Shown in pieces: positions 51,997 to 61,456 of a stretch of DNA of 64,000 nucleotides (positions are counted from its first letter, which is position 1; each line of letters starts with the position of its first letter). The notes beneath the pieces were generated by a model. It was not told the DNA's origin. It searched no databases and saw only the letters and a list, made by a program, of their open reading frames with translations. The position numbers and the translations under genes are program-made. Source of the stretch: an uncultured Acidobacteriota bacterium (GTDB lineage: Bacteria > Acidobacteriota > Vicinamibacteria > Vicinamibacterales > CAVVIG01); the NCBI GenBank assembly GCA_963840225.1, contig CAWIYH010000005.1, positions 85,750 to 149,749 of the forward strand, in the 5' to 3' direction.

Positions 51997-53298
51997 ATGA
52001 ACCTAGCCGTGCTCGGCGCGCAATGGGGAGATGAGGGGAAGGGCAAGATCGTCGATCTCCTGACGCCGCGCTTTTCGATCGTCGCCCGCTACCAGGGGGG
52101 CCACAACGCCGGGCACACGGTGTACGAGGAGGGCCGGAAGTTCATCCTGCGCCTCATCCCGTCCGGCATCCTCCATCCGGGCATCACGTGCGTCATCGGC
52201 AACGGCCTCGTGGTGGACCCCGAGGCGCTCTTCGCCGAGATCGACGAGCTCGCCGCGCACGGCGTCGACGCGGCCGGCCGCCTCGTCATCAGCGACAAGG
52301 CGCACCTCATCCTGCCGTATCACCGCGACCTGGACCTGCTGTCGGAAGCCAGGCGCGGCGAGCGCCGGATCGGCACGACCTCGCGCGGCATCGGGCCGGC
52401 GTACGAGGACAAGATCGCGCGGCGCGGCATCCGCGTCTGCGATCTGACCGACCCGCACGCCCTCGAGCAGGGCGTGCGCGACAACGTCGCCGCGCGCAAT
52501 CGCCTCGTCCAGGACTCGACGATGGACTGGCGCCCGGTGCTCGAGCGGCTCCTGGCGCTGGCCGACCGCATACGGCCGATGGTCGGCGACGTCTCGCTCC
52601 TGCTGTCGCGCGCCGCGGCGGCCGGACAATCGATCCTGTTCGAGGGCGCCCAGGGAACGCTGCTCGACATCGATCACGGCACCTATCCGTACGTGACCTC
52701 GTCGAACGCGACGATCGGCGGCGTGTGCACGGGCCTCGGCGTCGGCCCGCGCGCCATCGACGGCGTCCTTGGCGTGGCCAAGGCCTACACCACGCGCGTC
52801 GGCGAGGGGCCGCTGCCGACCGAGCTGACCGGCGACGCGGGTACCCGCCTGCGCGACAGCGGCAACGAGTACGGCGCGGTCACCGGACGACCGCGCCGCT
52901 GCGGCTGGTACGACGCGGTCGCCGTGCGCTACGGCGTGCGCATCAACGGGCTCGACGCGCTGGCGCTGACCAAGCTCGACGTGCTCGACGGCCTGGCGGA
53001 GATTCCGGTCTGCACGTCGTATCGCCTGGGATCCCAGGTCATCGTGGAGTTGCCCTCGGACCTGGCCGAGCTCGCCCGATGCGAGCCGGTGTACGAGACT
53101 CTGCCCGGCTGGTCGACGCCGACCCGCGGCGCCCGACGGTTCGCCGATCTGCCCGAGGCCGCACGCCGATATGTCGCGCGGCTCGAAGAGGTGAGCGGCG
53201 TGCCGGCCGCCATCATCTCCACCGGCTCGGACCGCGACGACACGATCGTGCGCGGAGACGTCGTCGCCGCGCGCATGGCGGGATTCGCGCTCGCGTAG
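51997..53298 (+). CDS. purA: Adenylosuccinate synthetase
   Basis: QWGDEGKGK, GGHNAGHT, GTYPYVTSS, TGRPRRCGW, TKLDVL. Confidence 0.97.
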   Translation: MNLAVLGAQWGDEGKGKIVDLLTPRFSIVARYQGGHNAGHTVYEEGRKFILRLIPSGILHPGITCVIGNGLVVDPEALFAEIDELAAHGVDAAGRLVISDKAHLILPYHRDLDLLSEARRGERRIGTTSRGIGPAYEDKIARRGIRVCDLTDPHALEQGVRDNVAARNRLVQDSTMDWRPVLERLLALADRIRPMVGDVSLLLSRAAAAGQSILFEGAQGTLLDIDHGTYPYVTSSNATIGGVCTGLGVGPRAIDGVLGVAKAYTTRVGEGPLPTELTGDAGTRLRDSGNEYGAVTGRPRRCGWYDAVAVRYGVRINGLDALALTKLDVLDGLAEIPVCTSYRLGSQVIVELPSDLAELARCEPVYETLPGWSTPTRGARRFADLPEAARRYVARLEEVSGVPAAIISTGSDRDDTIVRGDVVAARMAGFALA

Positions 53299-53328
53299 CG
53301 GGCCGGCCCCGAGCCGGCCGCCGGCGGT

Positions 53329-53988
53329 TCAGACCTGCTGGTGGTGTTCGCGGTGGCGGAGGCAGAAGGCGTCGACCGACTCGCCGTTGGCGTCGACGAA
53401 TTCGATCCCGGCGCGGTAGCGCGGGCCGCCCTTGGCCGGCATCTCGTACGACGCCCACGCCACGGCCGCGTTGAAGCGGATGCTGCCGTGGTCGTCGGTC
53501 AGGGCCATCCGGACGCGCTGATTCGGCCTCAGGATCGTCGACGACACCACCTGCGCGCCGATGGTCGACAGGTTCACGAGCGTCGCGGCATTCCCGTCCA
53601 CCATCGCGCCGAGCACCCCGGCGATTCGAAAGCGCTGAGCGCGGCGCGTGCCGCGCTGATCGAGCGGGATCGTGGCGGCCGACGACGGGGCCAGCCCCGG
53701 CATCGTGGAGACGTGGAGACCGGTCGACTGGTGCGAGACCACACGGATCTCCGATCCGACGAGCGCCGGATCGGCCTTGATCCGGTTGATGAGCGCCGCG
53801 CCTCGCGGCGTCGCCGCGAACAGGCGCTCCAGCGCCACGACGCGCGGCCGGCGGCGCGTGATCACCTCGAGGGCAGCAAGCGCGTCGGTGTCGGCGAAGG
53901 CCAGCAGTTCGCCTCCGTCCGCCGCGCTGGCGGTCAGCGTCGGCAGCAGATCCGAGGCGGCGATGAGAACCGTGCAGTGACGAGGCAC
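53329..53988 (-). CDS. Receiver-like + PilZ domain protein
   Basis: PilZ motifs RRAQR and NLSTIG, AGIEF; degenerate N-terminal receiver fold. Confidence 0.8.
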   Translation of the reverse strand: MPRHCTVLIAASDLLPTLTASAADGGELLAFADTDALAALEVITRRRPRVVALERLFAATPRGAALINRIKADPALVGSEIRVVSHQSTGLHVSTMPGLAPSSAATIPLDQRGTRRAQRFRIAGVLGAMVDGNAATLVNLSTIGAQVVSSTILRPNQRVRMALTDDHGSIRFNAAVAWASYEMPAKGGPRYRAGIEFVDANGESVDAFCLRHREHHQQV

Positions 53989-54052
53989 AGCGCTTCAGTT
54001 AAGCACAAAGGTCGAGCGGCGGGAAACCGGGGGAGCCGGCCGCGCGCTATGG

Positions 54053-54736
54053 CTATTGGAAGATGCGGGCATCCTGGAGCGGCCACCACCGGACCTTGAC
54101 CTTGCCGACGATGTACTTCTTCGGCACCTGGCCCCAGTGGCGGCTGTCCGAGCTGTTGTTGCGGTGGTCGCCCATGACGAAGTAGTAGCCCTGCTTGATG
54201 ACCTCGGGGCCCCAGTCATCGTGGCTGCGGAACGCGTTGGGTACGTAGTCGTCGCGCAGCGGTTGATCGTTGACGAAGACCTTGCCGTCCACGATGCGAA
54301 CCGTGTCGCCCTCCTTGGCGATGACTCGCTTGACGAACATCTTCTCCGGGTTGAGCGGGTAGTAGAGCATCACGATGTCGCCGGGCCGCGGATCGCCCAT
54401 TTCGTACACCAGCTTGTCGACGATGAGGCGATCGTGATCCTCGAGCGTGGGCGCCATGCTCTGGCCGTCCACGCGCGCGACCTGGAACCCGAACGTCACG
54501 ATGAGCGTCGCATAGACGGCCGCCGACACCAGCGTCTGCAGGCCGGCCAGGATCTCGTGCGCGACGCGCTTCCACGGACCGACGGCCAGCGCGGCCGGCT
54601 CGCGCGCCGGGGCGGCCGCCGGCGGCGGCGAGGCGTCGGGCTCGAGCACGGGCGGGAGCGGCAGGGCGGTGCTGCCGGGGTCGACGACGGGCGAGAGGGC
54701 GGCCGGTGAGAGCTGGTCCGATTCGCTCATGGGCAT
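54053..54736 (-). CDS. lepB: Signal peptidase I
   Basis: GQSMAPTL, FVKRVIA, VMGDHRNNSSDSR. Confidence 0.95.
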   Translation of the reverse strand: MPMSESDQLSPAALSPVVDPGSTALPLPPVLEPDASPPPAAAPAREPAALAVGPWKRVAHEILAGLQTLVSAAVYATLIVTFGFQVARVDGQSMAPTLEDHDRLIVDKLVYEMGDPRPGDIVMLYYPLNPEKMFVKRVIAKEGDTVRIVDGKVFVNDQPLRDDYVPNAFRSHDDWGPEVIKQGYYFVMGDHRNNSSDSRHWGQVPKKYIVGKVKVRWWPLQDARIFQ

Positions 54737-54915
54737 ACCAGGACAATCGCCCATCAGAATAGCAGCCGCGTCCCGTCGTCGCAAACTGCGGGGGAGCGGT
54801 TTTGATTGCACGGGGTCGGGGGCCGACGGTATACTTCGGAGTCCCTTCTCGCTCTGCGGTAGGCCGCCCAGCCCCATCCGCGACAGGAATCCAGCGCCAG
54901 ACGGAGGAGTTGTCG

Positions 54916-55569
54916 ATGAAGCGTGTGGCAGTGATGCTTGTGGTCGTCGTGGCATGCGCCGGCACGGCGCGCGCGCAGTCGGCTCCGACCGCCACGTCGG
55001 ACAGCCGGTGGGACGCCGAATTCACCGTCGGCCCGACCTTCGGCCACAAGGCCAGCGTTTCGCTCGGCGGGGAGATCGGCTGGTGGCTCACCGACAAGCT
55101 CGGGATCTACGGCGAGGGCGGCCGCATCCTGAACGTCGCGAGCAGCGAAATCGAGAGCCACGCGGCGGTCGTCGCCGACTACATCGGCGGTTCGGCCGAC
55201 GTCAAACAGCACGTGAACTACTTCGACGCCGGCGTGAAGTACCGCCTGCCGCCACACGGCCGGCTGCGGCCGTACGCGCTCTTCGGCGTCGGCGCCGGGA
55301 CCGTCTTCAACGACGTGACGTTCAATGTCGCCGGCGCGGACGTGACCGGGTCGCTCCTCGATCAGTTCGGCGTCGCGCTGGGCAGCGACCTGTCGGGCCA
55401 CTACAATCGGGTGTTCATCACCACCGGCTTCGGCACCCGCCTGCCTCTCACCGGTCGCTGGGTCGGCGACCTCAGCTATCGGTACGGGTATGTCGGCAAG
55501 AACGCCGACGCCAATCTCAAGGGAATCAGCACGAACCGGCTGCAGTTCGGCGTCGGACTCACCTTCTGA
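54916..55569 (+). CDS. Outer membrane beta-barrel (OmpW/OmpA-like) protein
   Basis: GGAGG RBS, signal peptide, RPYALFGVG, C-terminal FGVGLTF. Confidence 0.85.
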   Translation: MKRVAVMLVVVVACAGTARAQSAPTATSDSRWDAEFTVGPTFGHKASVSLGGEIGWWLTDKLGIYGEGGRILNVASSEIESHAAVVADYIGGSADVKQHVNYFDAGVKYRLPPHGRLRPYALFGVGAGTVFNDVTFNVAGADVTGSLLDQFGVALGSDLSGHYNRVFITTGFGTRLPLTGRWVGDLSYRYGYVGKNADANLKGISTNRLQFGVGLTF

Positions 55570-55606
55570 TCGCCGGCTGTTTCAACTGATCGCCGGCTGT
55601 TTCAAC
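55566..55606 (+). repeat. Exact 20-bp tandem duplication
   Basis: CTGATCGCCGGCTGTTTCAA x2, spanning the OMP stop codon. Confidence 0.95.
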
Positions 55607-55634
55607 GACGGCTCAGCTGGGTCGACCGAGGCTC

Positions 55635-55648
55635 GGCGTGGCTCTTGC
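55635..55648 (+). promoter_or_regulatory. sigma-54-like motif
   Basis: GGCGTGGCTCTTGC upstream of the lectin gene. Confidence 0.45.
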
Positions 55649-55697
55649 TGTGTCTTCCGATCGACTGTTGAATGAACGGGACGCAGAGGAGGTGATC

Positions 55698-56546
55698 ATG
55701 TTCAAGACAGCCCTCGCGACGACGGCGGTCGTGGTCTGCGCCGCAGGATATGCCTTCGCCCAGGGTGCGCGCGCAACATTCATCCTGACGGACGGCGAGC
55801 GCAAGAGCGGCACGATCGTCGCCCACGGCTCGGACCACGAAAACCTGATCAACGGCTACCTGAACCTCGGCCAGCAGAACGACAAGGACCTGACGTTTCC
55901 GCAAAGCCAGGTGGCCGTGATCGACTTCGTCGGCGGCCAGCCGCCCTCCTCCGAGCTGCAGGCGCTGCCGTCCGGCACCGGCGACATGCTGGCCCTACGC
56001 AACGGCTCCAACCTGAAGGGACAGCTCGCGAACCTCGTCAACGGGGACACGGTGCTGTGGAGAAACCAGGCGGGCCAGACACAGCGCTACGCCATCAGCG
56101 ACGTCAAGCGAATCTACCTGAACCCGGAGAGCGCCCGCACCGCCTACAACTACACGCCGAGCGACGCGGCGGGCGCATCGGCTGGCCAGGCCACGCCCGG
56201 CGCGGTGCAGGTGCTTGCGAACCAGGCCTGGACACCGACCGGCGTGATGGTCAAGAAGGGGGATCGGGTCACGTTCGACGCGAGCGGCCAGATTCAATTC
56301 GGCCAGGGCTCGGGGATGACCACCGGTCCCGGCGGCGGCACCCTGCGCAACGGCGCCTATCCGGTCCCGGCGGCGTCGGTCGGCGCGCTCATCGCCAAGG
56401 TCGGCGCCAGCACGCCGTTTCCGATCGGCACCAACTCCCAGCCGATCGTGATGCCGGCGAGCGGCCAATTGATGCTGGGCGTGAACGACAACGAGGTCAA
56501 CGACAACTCCGGCTCGTTCTCCGTCGTCGTGAGGAAGGTCGGGTAG
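55698..56546 (+). CDS. Secreted protein with a C-terminal LecA/PA-IL-like domain
   Basis: VLANQAWTPTG...ASGQI...GALIAKVG...LMLGVND...DNSGSF; GGAGG RBS. Confidence 0.8.
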   Translation: MFKTALATTAVVVCAAGYAFAQGARATFILTDGERKSGTIVAHGSDHENLINGYLNLGQQNDKDLTFPQSQVAVIDFVGGQPPSSELQALPSGTGDMLALRNGSNLKGQLANLVNGDTVLWRNQAGQTQRYAISDVKRIYLNPESARTAYNYTPSDAAGASAGQATPGAVQVLANQAWTPTGVMVKKGDRVTFDASGQIQFGQGSGMTTGPGGGTLRNGAYPVPAASVGALIAKVGASTPFPIGTNSQPIVMPASGQLMLGVNDNEVNDNSGSFSVVVRKVG

Positions 56547-56609
56547 GGAGAGGTCATCGGCAGGTCGCTGCCCGAGCGCGGACCGCACCTGCCGACCCTT
56601 GGTGGGGCG

Positions 56610-57284
56610 TTACCGGCTCTCGCCCTGCAGCGCGTCGATGAAGGGCTTGGTGGCGGGCGGCGTCGCGATGGTGGTGCCGCTCAACACCTCCTTGGGCGTG
56701 ACGTTGTCGCCGTACAGATCCCCGTTGGCGTCGGTATCCGGCTTCACGACGCCTCCCGACAGGTTGATTCCGGCAAACAGGCCCTGCGTACGGGAGTAGG
56801 AGAGGATCTCCGCCTGCATCTGCGCGTCGGTCGCCGCCCGCGCGTCGCGTCCGACCGGACCGGCCGCGATCGACGCTTCGGCGCCGAGCGAGACCTTGTT
56901 GCCGAGCAGTTTCTGCATCCCCGACTCGTTCATGACGAGCAGGACCAGATCGATCGACTGCGCGCCGATCTGCAGCCCCCAGCTGCCCTTGCCGATCTGC
57001 ATGAACACGGGCGCGGCCCAGCCCTCGCCGCGGCGGCAGCTCATCAAACCGCCGCCGTACTCGCCGCCGAAGACGAAGGCGGCCTTCTTCAGCGACGGCA
57101 CGACGATGACGCACTGCGCCTTGTTCCAGAGATCGCGTGGAATGTCCTTGTCCGGCACCGAGTGAATCTCGCGCAGCACGGTCGCCGCATCCTGAATCCG
57201 CCTGCGCTCCTTGCTCGACAGGTCGGCGTGAAGGCCGACCGTCGCCACGGCCAGGGCAGCCGCGATTCCGATCACTTGTCGCAT
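56610..57284 (-). CDS. Ysc84/SYLF lipid-binding domain protein
   Basis: KKAAFVFGGEYG.G, GSWGLQIGAQ, AAGPVGR, SYSRTQGLFAG. Confidence 0.92.
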   Translation of the reverse strand: MRQVIGIAAALAVATVGLHADLSSKERRRIQDAATVLREIHSVPDKDIPRDLWNKAQCVIVVPSLKKAAFVFGGEYGGGLMSCRRGEGWAAPVFMQIGKGSWGLQIGAQSIDLVLLVMNESGMQKLLGNKVSLGAEASIAAGPVGRDARAATDAQMQAEILSYSRTQGLFAGINLSGGVVKPDTDANGDLYGDNVTPKEVLSGTTIATPPATKPFIDALQGESR

Positions 57285-57340
57285 AGTCCCTCCGGGGAAG
57301 CCCAGTAAGAACGTTACCAGATCATGGTCGAGTCCGGGGC

Positions 57341-58027
57341 TCAAACCCTGCGCAGCCTGCGCGTGCGGTGGCGGTACTGGAAGGCGCCGCATCCGGACGG
57401 GCACTGGTAGTAGTCCCACTGCTCGTCGCTGTGCGAGCTGACGCCGCCCACGTGGCTCCGGGCGTAGGTGAGCCGTCGGTCGCAGTGCGGGCAGGACAGC
57501 ACGGGCGGCGCAAGCGGAGGGCGCGTCGTCTCGCCCCGCTGAATCGCGCGCGCCACGGTCTTCCGATCCTTGCCGCGCTGCGGCGCGCGCAGGCGCGTGA
57601 TCGTCCGGCCGAGCGTCTCGGCGGAGGCCTGGCGGAGGGCGACGAGGCGCTGCAGCTCTCCGAGCAGCGTCTCGGGCAGACAGGGCTTCACCAGGACGCT
57701 GTCGGCCCCGGCCTCGCGAGCGCGCTGGAGATCGGCCGGCTGCGCGTCCCCGGTCACGACCACGAGCATCATGGAAGCCGTGGACGGATCGCCGCGCAGC
57801 AGCCGGCAGAGTTCCGTGCCGTCGATGCCCGGCAGGCGCGTGTCGGTCACGAGGGCGTCGGGACGGCGCGACAGGGCCATGGCGAGCGCTTCGCGGCCAT
57901 CCTCCACCTGAACGACCTCGCATTGCGCCCGCGTGAGGTATTCCGCGTACATGGCGCGCGTGTCTTCGTCGTGGTCGGCGAGCAGCGTCACCGTTGGAGC
58001 CGTCGGCCGCAGCGCGGGTGAGGTCAT
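57341..58027 (-). CDS. Response regulator with a C-terminal Cys4 zinc-ribbon-like domain
   Basis: LLADHD...VTDTRLPGIDG...VTG...KP; CPHC...CPSGC. Confidence 0.85.
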   Translation of the reverse strand: MTSPALRPTAPTVTLLADHDEDTRAMYAEYLTRAQCEVVQVEDGREALAMALSRRPDALVTDTRLPGIDGTELCRLLRGDPSTASMMLVVVTGDAQPADLQRAREAGADSVLVKPCLPETLLGELQRLVALRQASAETLGRTITRLRAPQRGKDRKTVARAIQRGETTRPPLAPPVLSCPHCDRRLTYARSHVGGVSSHSDEQWDYYQCPSGCGAFQYRHRTRRLRRV

Positions 58028-58125
58028 AGGCAAGGGAGGACTGCCTCACCTTATACGGCACGGTTCAGCCGTCGGCAAGCCAAAATTTGTTGACGCGTCG
58101 TGCCGGCCGGCCGTGCGCGTACCGG

Positions 58126-58139
58126 GGCACGGCGCTTGC
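58126..58139 (+). promoter_or_regulatory. sigma-54 motif
   Basis: GGCACGGCGCTTGC, 25 nt before ATG 58165. Confidence 0.7.
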
Positions 58140-58164
58140 ACCGCTTGGCCGTCTGGAGGTGCGC

Positions 58165-58404
58165 ATGGCGCGAAAGTACGGCCCCAAGGCCCAGAAGAAG
58201 GTCGAGAAGACCATGCGTGAGCGCAAGCGCGGCACCCTGCGCTCGGGATCGACCGGACGGAAGGTCACCTCGCGCAAGCAGGCCATCGCCATCGGTCTGA
58301 GCGAGGCGCGCCGCGAAGGCGACAAGGTGCCCCGCAACCGGCGCGGCACGGGGGCCAGGAAGGGCCGCGGGCGAACGAAGAGGAGCAGCGGCCGCAAGAA
58401 GTAG
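58165..58404 (+). CDS. Small basic protein (DUF6496-like)
   Basis: KVEKTMRERKRGTLRSG...VTSRKQAIAIGLSEAR; GGAGG RBS. Confidence 0.85.
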   Translation: MARKYGPKAQKKVEKTMRERKRGTLRSGSTGRKVTSRKQAIAIGLSEARREGDKVPRNRRGTGARKGRGRTKRSSGRKK

Positions 58405-58434
58405 GGCCGCGCCGGCCACGGTATACTCCCGGCC

Positions 58435-59376
58435 GTGCGCTGTCGGGTGAGCATCGGAGCGGCGGCGGTCCTGCTCGGGGCGGTCGTCAGCATTGCCGCG
58501 GCCGCCCGCAACGACGCCTTTGTCATGGGGGTCCTGCGGCGCGACGGCGTGGTCGTGCCCTTCGCGACGTGGGACGGGAAGCGCTGGCGCAGCGACTGGC
58601 CGGCCCCTGAGCAAGACCCCGACGTGCCGATCTCGCTGGCCAGCGTGCCGTTGCGCTGGTGGGGTCGGGCGCAGCCCGACGCTTCGTGGCAGGTCTGGAC
58701 CCGCCAGCCGACTCCTCACCCGGTACGCGTCCGGCAACCGGACTGGTTCAAGGCCCAGTGCCTGCGACAGATCGGCTTGCGCACCGACTATCGTCCCGCC
58801 GAACTTCCGCCCCCGCCCGACGTGCACCCGTATCCCAAGGACGGGCTCGCACTGTCGGCGATGGAGCCGGTCTCGCCGATCCTCGTCCTGCCGTCGGGGC
58901 AGCCGACCCGGGTGATGATCGACGCATTCGAGGACTCCGAGGCGGCCCTGCTCCGGGGCATCGGGCGCAGTCCGCCCGGCGTCTCTCATGACGAGGACGA
59001 ACGCGCCCGCATTCCGCTGACCGTGGAAGCGGAATACGCGTTCGACGGGGCGGCGTCGACCCGGTACTACTACGTCGAGATGAGCCGCGAGTACGGACAC
59101 GACAGAGGCGACCGGTCGTGCAGCGCCGTCGTGTTCGGCGCCGGCTGGTTCGCGCGCGATCCCGACGGGATGCACCCGCTGGGCTTCGACGTGTCGCTGG
59201 CCGACTGCGATCGGTACGGCCTCGCGTACATGCTGCCATTGGGCGCGCTGCGGCTGAACGGGCGTATCTACTGGGTCGGCCAGTGGTCGGGATGGGACTT
59301 CGAGCGCTACACGATCGTCGAGCTGACGCCGAAGAAGGCGCGGCAGGTCCTGAGCGTGTACGGGGGAGGGTGTTGA
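58435..59376 (+). CDS. Secreted hypothetical protein
   Basis: Signal peptide, Trp-rich, ends GGGC; TATACT 7 nt upstream of the start. Confidence 0.75.
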   Translation: MRCRVSIGAAAVLLGAVVSIAAAARNDAFVMGVLRRDGVVVPFATWDGKRWRSDWPAPEQDPDVPISLASVPLRWWGRAQPDASWQVWTRQPTPHPVRVRQPDWFKAQCLRQIGLRTDYRPAELPPPPDVHPYPKDGLALSAMEPVSPILVLPSGQPTRVMIDAFEDSEAALLRGIGRSPPGVSHDEDERARIPLTVEAEYAFDGAASTRYYYVEMSREYGHDRGDRSCSAVVFGAGWFARDPDGMHPLGFDVSLADCDRYGLAYMLPLGALRLNGRIYWVGQWSGWDFERYTIVELTPKKARQVLSVYGGGC

Positions 59377-59437
59377 GGACGACGTTCGCCGGGCTCGCGG
59401 GGTGCTCGGATTCCATTCTCGAGATTGGAGTGGTGAC

Positions 59438-60205
59438 GTGAGGCTGACGAGGCTGTCTGCCGTGCTGCTGGTCGTCGCGTTGGTCGTCATGGGCGCTCGG
59501 ACGGGTGCGCGCGGGGCCGGCGTGGCGCGGCCGCCATGGGACACGGGGACGTTCTCGATCCTCGGGTACGATCCTTCGACCGGCGAGGTCGGTGGCGCCG
59601 TGCAGTCACGCGTCTTCTCGGCCGGCAACGGCGTGTTGTGGGCCGAAGCCAACGTCGGCGTCGTCGCCACGCAGGCGATCGTCGACGTCAGTTATGGACC
59701 GCAAGGCCTGGACCTGCTCCGCAGGGGAATGGCGCCGGCGGCAATCGTGAAGCAGATCTGGGAGCGCGACCCCGACCCGCTGCCGAAGCAGTGGACCAAG
59801 CAGGGCCGGCAGGTCGCCGTCATGAACGCCAAGGGCGAGTACGCGGCGTTCACCGGACCGAAGGCGCCGGACTGGGCAGGCAACAAAGGCGGGAAGTTCT
59901 GCACGGCGCAGGGCAACATCCTGGCGGGCCCGGCGGTCGTCGATGGCATGGTGTCGGCGTTCGAGAAGACGACCGGCCATCTGTCCCAGCGGCTGGTTGC
60001 GGCCCTCGAGGCGGGACAGGCCGCCGGCGGCGACAAGCGCGGCCAGCAATCGGCGGCGCTCATCATCGTCAAGAAGGGCGCCGGTGTCTGGCTGAACAAC
60101 GACGTCGTGCTCCGTCTGCAGGTGGACGACGATCCGGAACCGATCAGGGAGCTGCGCCGCCTGGTTGACAAGTGGAACGAACGCCGACCCGGACCAGCGA
60201 AGTAG
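59438..60205 (+). CDS. DUF1028 (Ntn-hydrolase-like) protein
   Basis: TFSI...GGAVQS, GVVATQA, QGNIL, GGDKRGQQSAA, VDD..EP. Confidence 0.9.
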   Translation: MRLTRLSAVLLVVALVVMGARTGARGAGVARPPWDTGTFSILGYDPSTGEVGGAVQSRVFSAGNGVLWAEANVGVVATQAIVDVSYGPQGLDLLRRGMAPAAIVKQIWERDPDPLPKQWTKQGRQVAVMNAKGEYAAFTGPKAPDWAGNKGGKFCTAQGNILAGPAVVDGMVSAFEKTTGHLSQRLVAALEAGQAAGGDKRGQQSAALIIVKKGAGVWLNNDVVLRLQVDDDPEPIRELRRLVDKWNERRPGPAK

Positions 60206-60208
60206 CGC

Positions 60209-61453
60209 TCAGGTCCGCGCTTCCCAGATCCGGCACAGCTCCACGATCACCTCGGCTGCCTTTTCCATGTCCTCGGCCGATACCCACTCGAGGCGCGAGT
60301 GGAAGTTGTGTTCGCCGGCGAACAGGTTGGGCGTCGGCAGCCCCATGAACGACAGGCGCGAGCCGTCGGTGCCGCCGCGGATGAGGCGCGTCCGCACCTC
60401 CAGGCCCGCGCGGCGGACTGCTTCGCGCGCGTATTCGGCGATCTCGGGCTGCCCTTCGAGCACTTCGCGCATGTTGCGGTACTGCTCCTCGACCGCGAGC
60501 TCGAATCGTGCGCCCGGGTAGCGGCTCACGGCACCTCGCGCGAGATCCTCCAGCAGCGCTTCCTTGTCCTTCAGCCCCGCCGTGACGAAGTCGCGGACGA
60601 TCAGCGTCACCGCCGTGCGTTCCACGCCCGCCTGGACCTGATACGGATGGACGAAGCCGTCCCTGGCCTCGGTCGTCTCCGGCGACAGGCGATCGTCGGG
60701 CAGGCGGTGGACGAAGTCGGACGCCACCTTGATGGCGTTGATCATCCGTCCCTTGGCGTAGCCCGGGTGCGTATTGAAGCCATGGAACGTGATCGTCACC
60801 CGGTCGGCCGAGAAGCTCTCGACTTCGACCTCGCCCCGGCTGCCGCCGTCCATCGTGTACGCGCAGCGCGCGCCGAAGCGCTCGACGTCGAAATGCGCCG
60901 TGCCGCGGCCGACTTCCTCGTCGGGCGTGAACGCAATCCGCACCGTCCCGTGAGGCATCTCCGGGTGCGACTGCAGGAATGCGGCCGCCGTGACGATTTC
61001 CGCGACCCCCGCCTTGTTGTCCGCGCCGAGCAGCGTCGTGCCCGACGCGGTCACGATGCGATGGCCGATCTGCTCGGCCAGCCTCGGGTTGTCGGCCAGG
61101 CGCAGGACCGCGGTCGGATCGTCCGGGAGGACGAGATCCCGCCCGTCGTAGGCGTCGTGCACGATCGTCTTCACGCCGGCGCCGCTCATCTCCGGAGACG
61201 TGTCCACGTGCGCGATGAAGCCGATCGTCGGCACGCCGCTCTTCGTCGTGGTCGCGGGAATGGTGGCCGTCACGTAGCCGAACTCGTTCATCGCGACGTC
61301 GGCGAGCCCGAGCTCCCGGAGCTCGTCGGCGAGCGCGCGCAGCAGGACGAGCTGCTTCGGCGTGCTCGGGTAGCTGGTCGAACGCTCGTCGGACTGCGTG
61401 TCGTAGGTGACGTACCGGAGAAAGCGGTCGAGTACGGAGCTGAAGGTATTCAT
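60209..61453 (-). CDS. pepT: Peptidase T (tripeptide aminopeptidase)
   Basis: RFLRYV, AHVDTS, LLGADNKAG, FTPDEE, IRGGTDG, HNFHS. Confidence 0.95.
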   Translation of the reverse strand: MNTFSSVLDRFLRYVTYDTQSDERSTSYPSTPKQLVLLRALADELRELGLADVAMNEFGYVTATIPATTTKSGVPTIGFIAHVDTSPEMSGAGVKTIVHDAYDGRDLVLPDDPTAVLRLADNPRLAEQIGHRIVTASGTTLLGADNKAGVAEIVTAAAFLQSHPEMPHGTVRIAFTPDEEVGRGTAHFDVERFGARCAYTMDGGSRGEVEVESFSADRVTITFHGFNTHPGYAKGRMINAIKVASDFVHRLPDDRLSPETTEARDGFVHPYQVQAGVERTAVTLIVRDFVTAGLKDKEALLEDLARGAVSRYPGARFELAVEEQYRNMREVLEGQPEIAEYAREAVRRAGLEVRTRLIRGGTDGSRLSFMGLPTPNLFAGEHNFHSRLEWVSAEDMEKAAEVIVELCRIWEART

Positions 61454-61456
61454 GTG

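Noticed and set aside
55566-55606. Possible CRISPR repeat
   Set aside because: Two adjacent copies with no spacer and no cas genes
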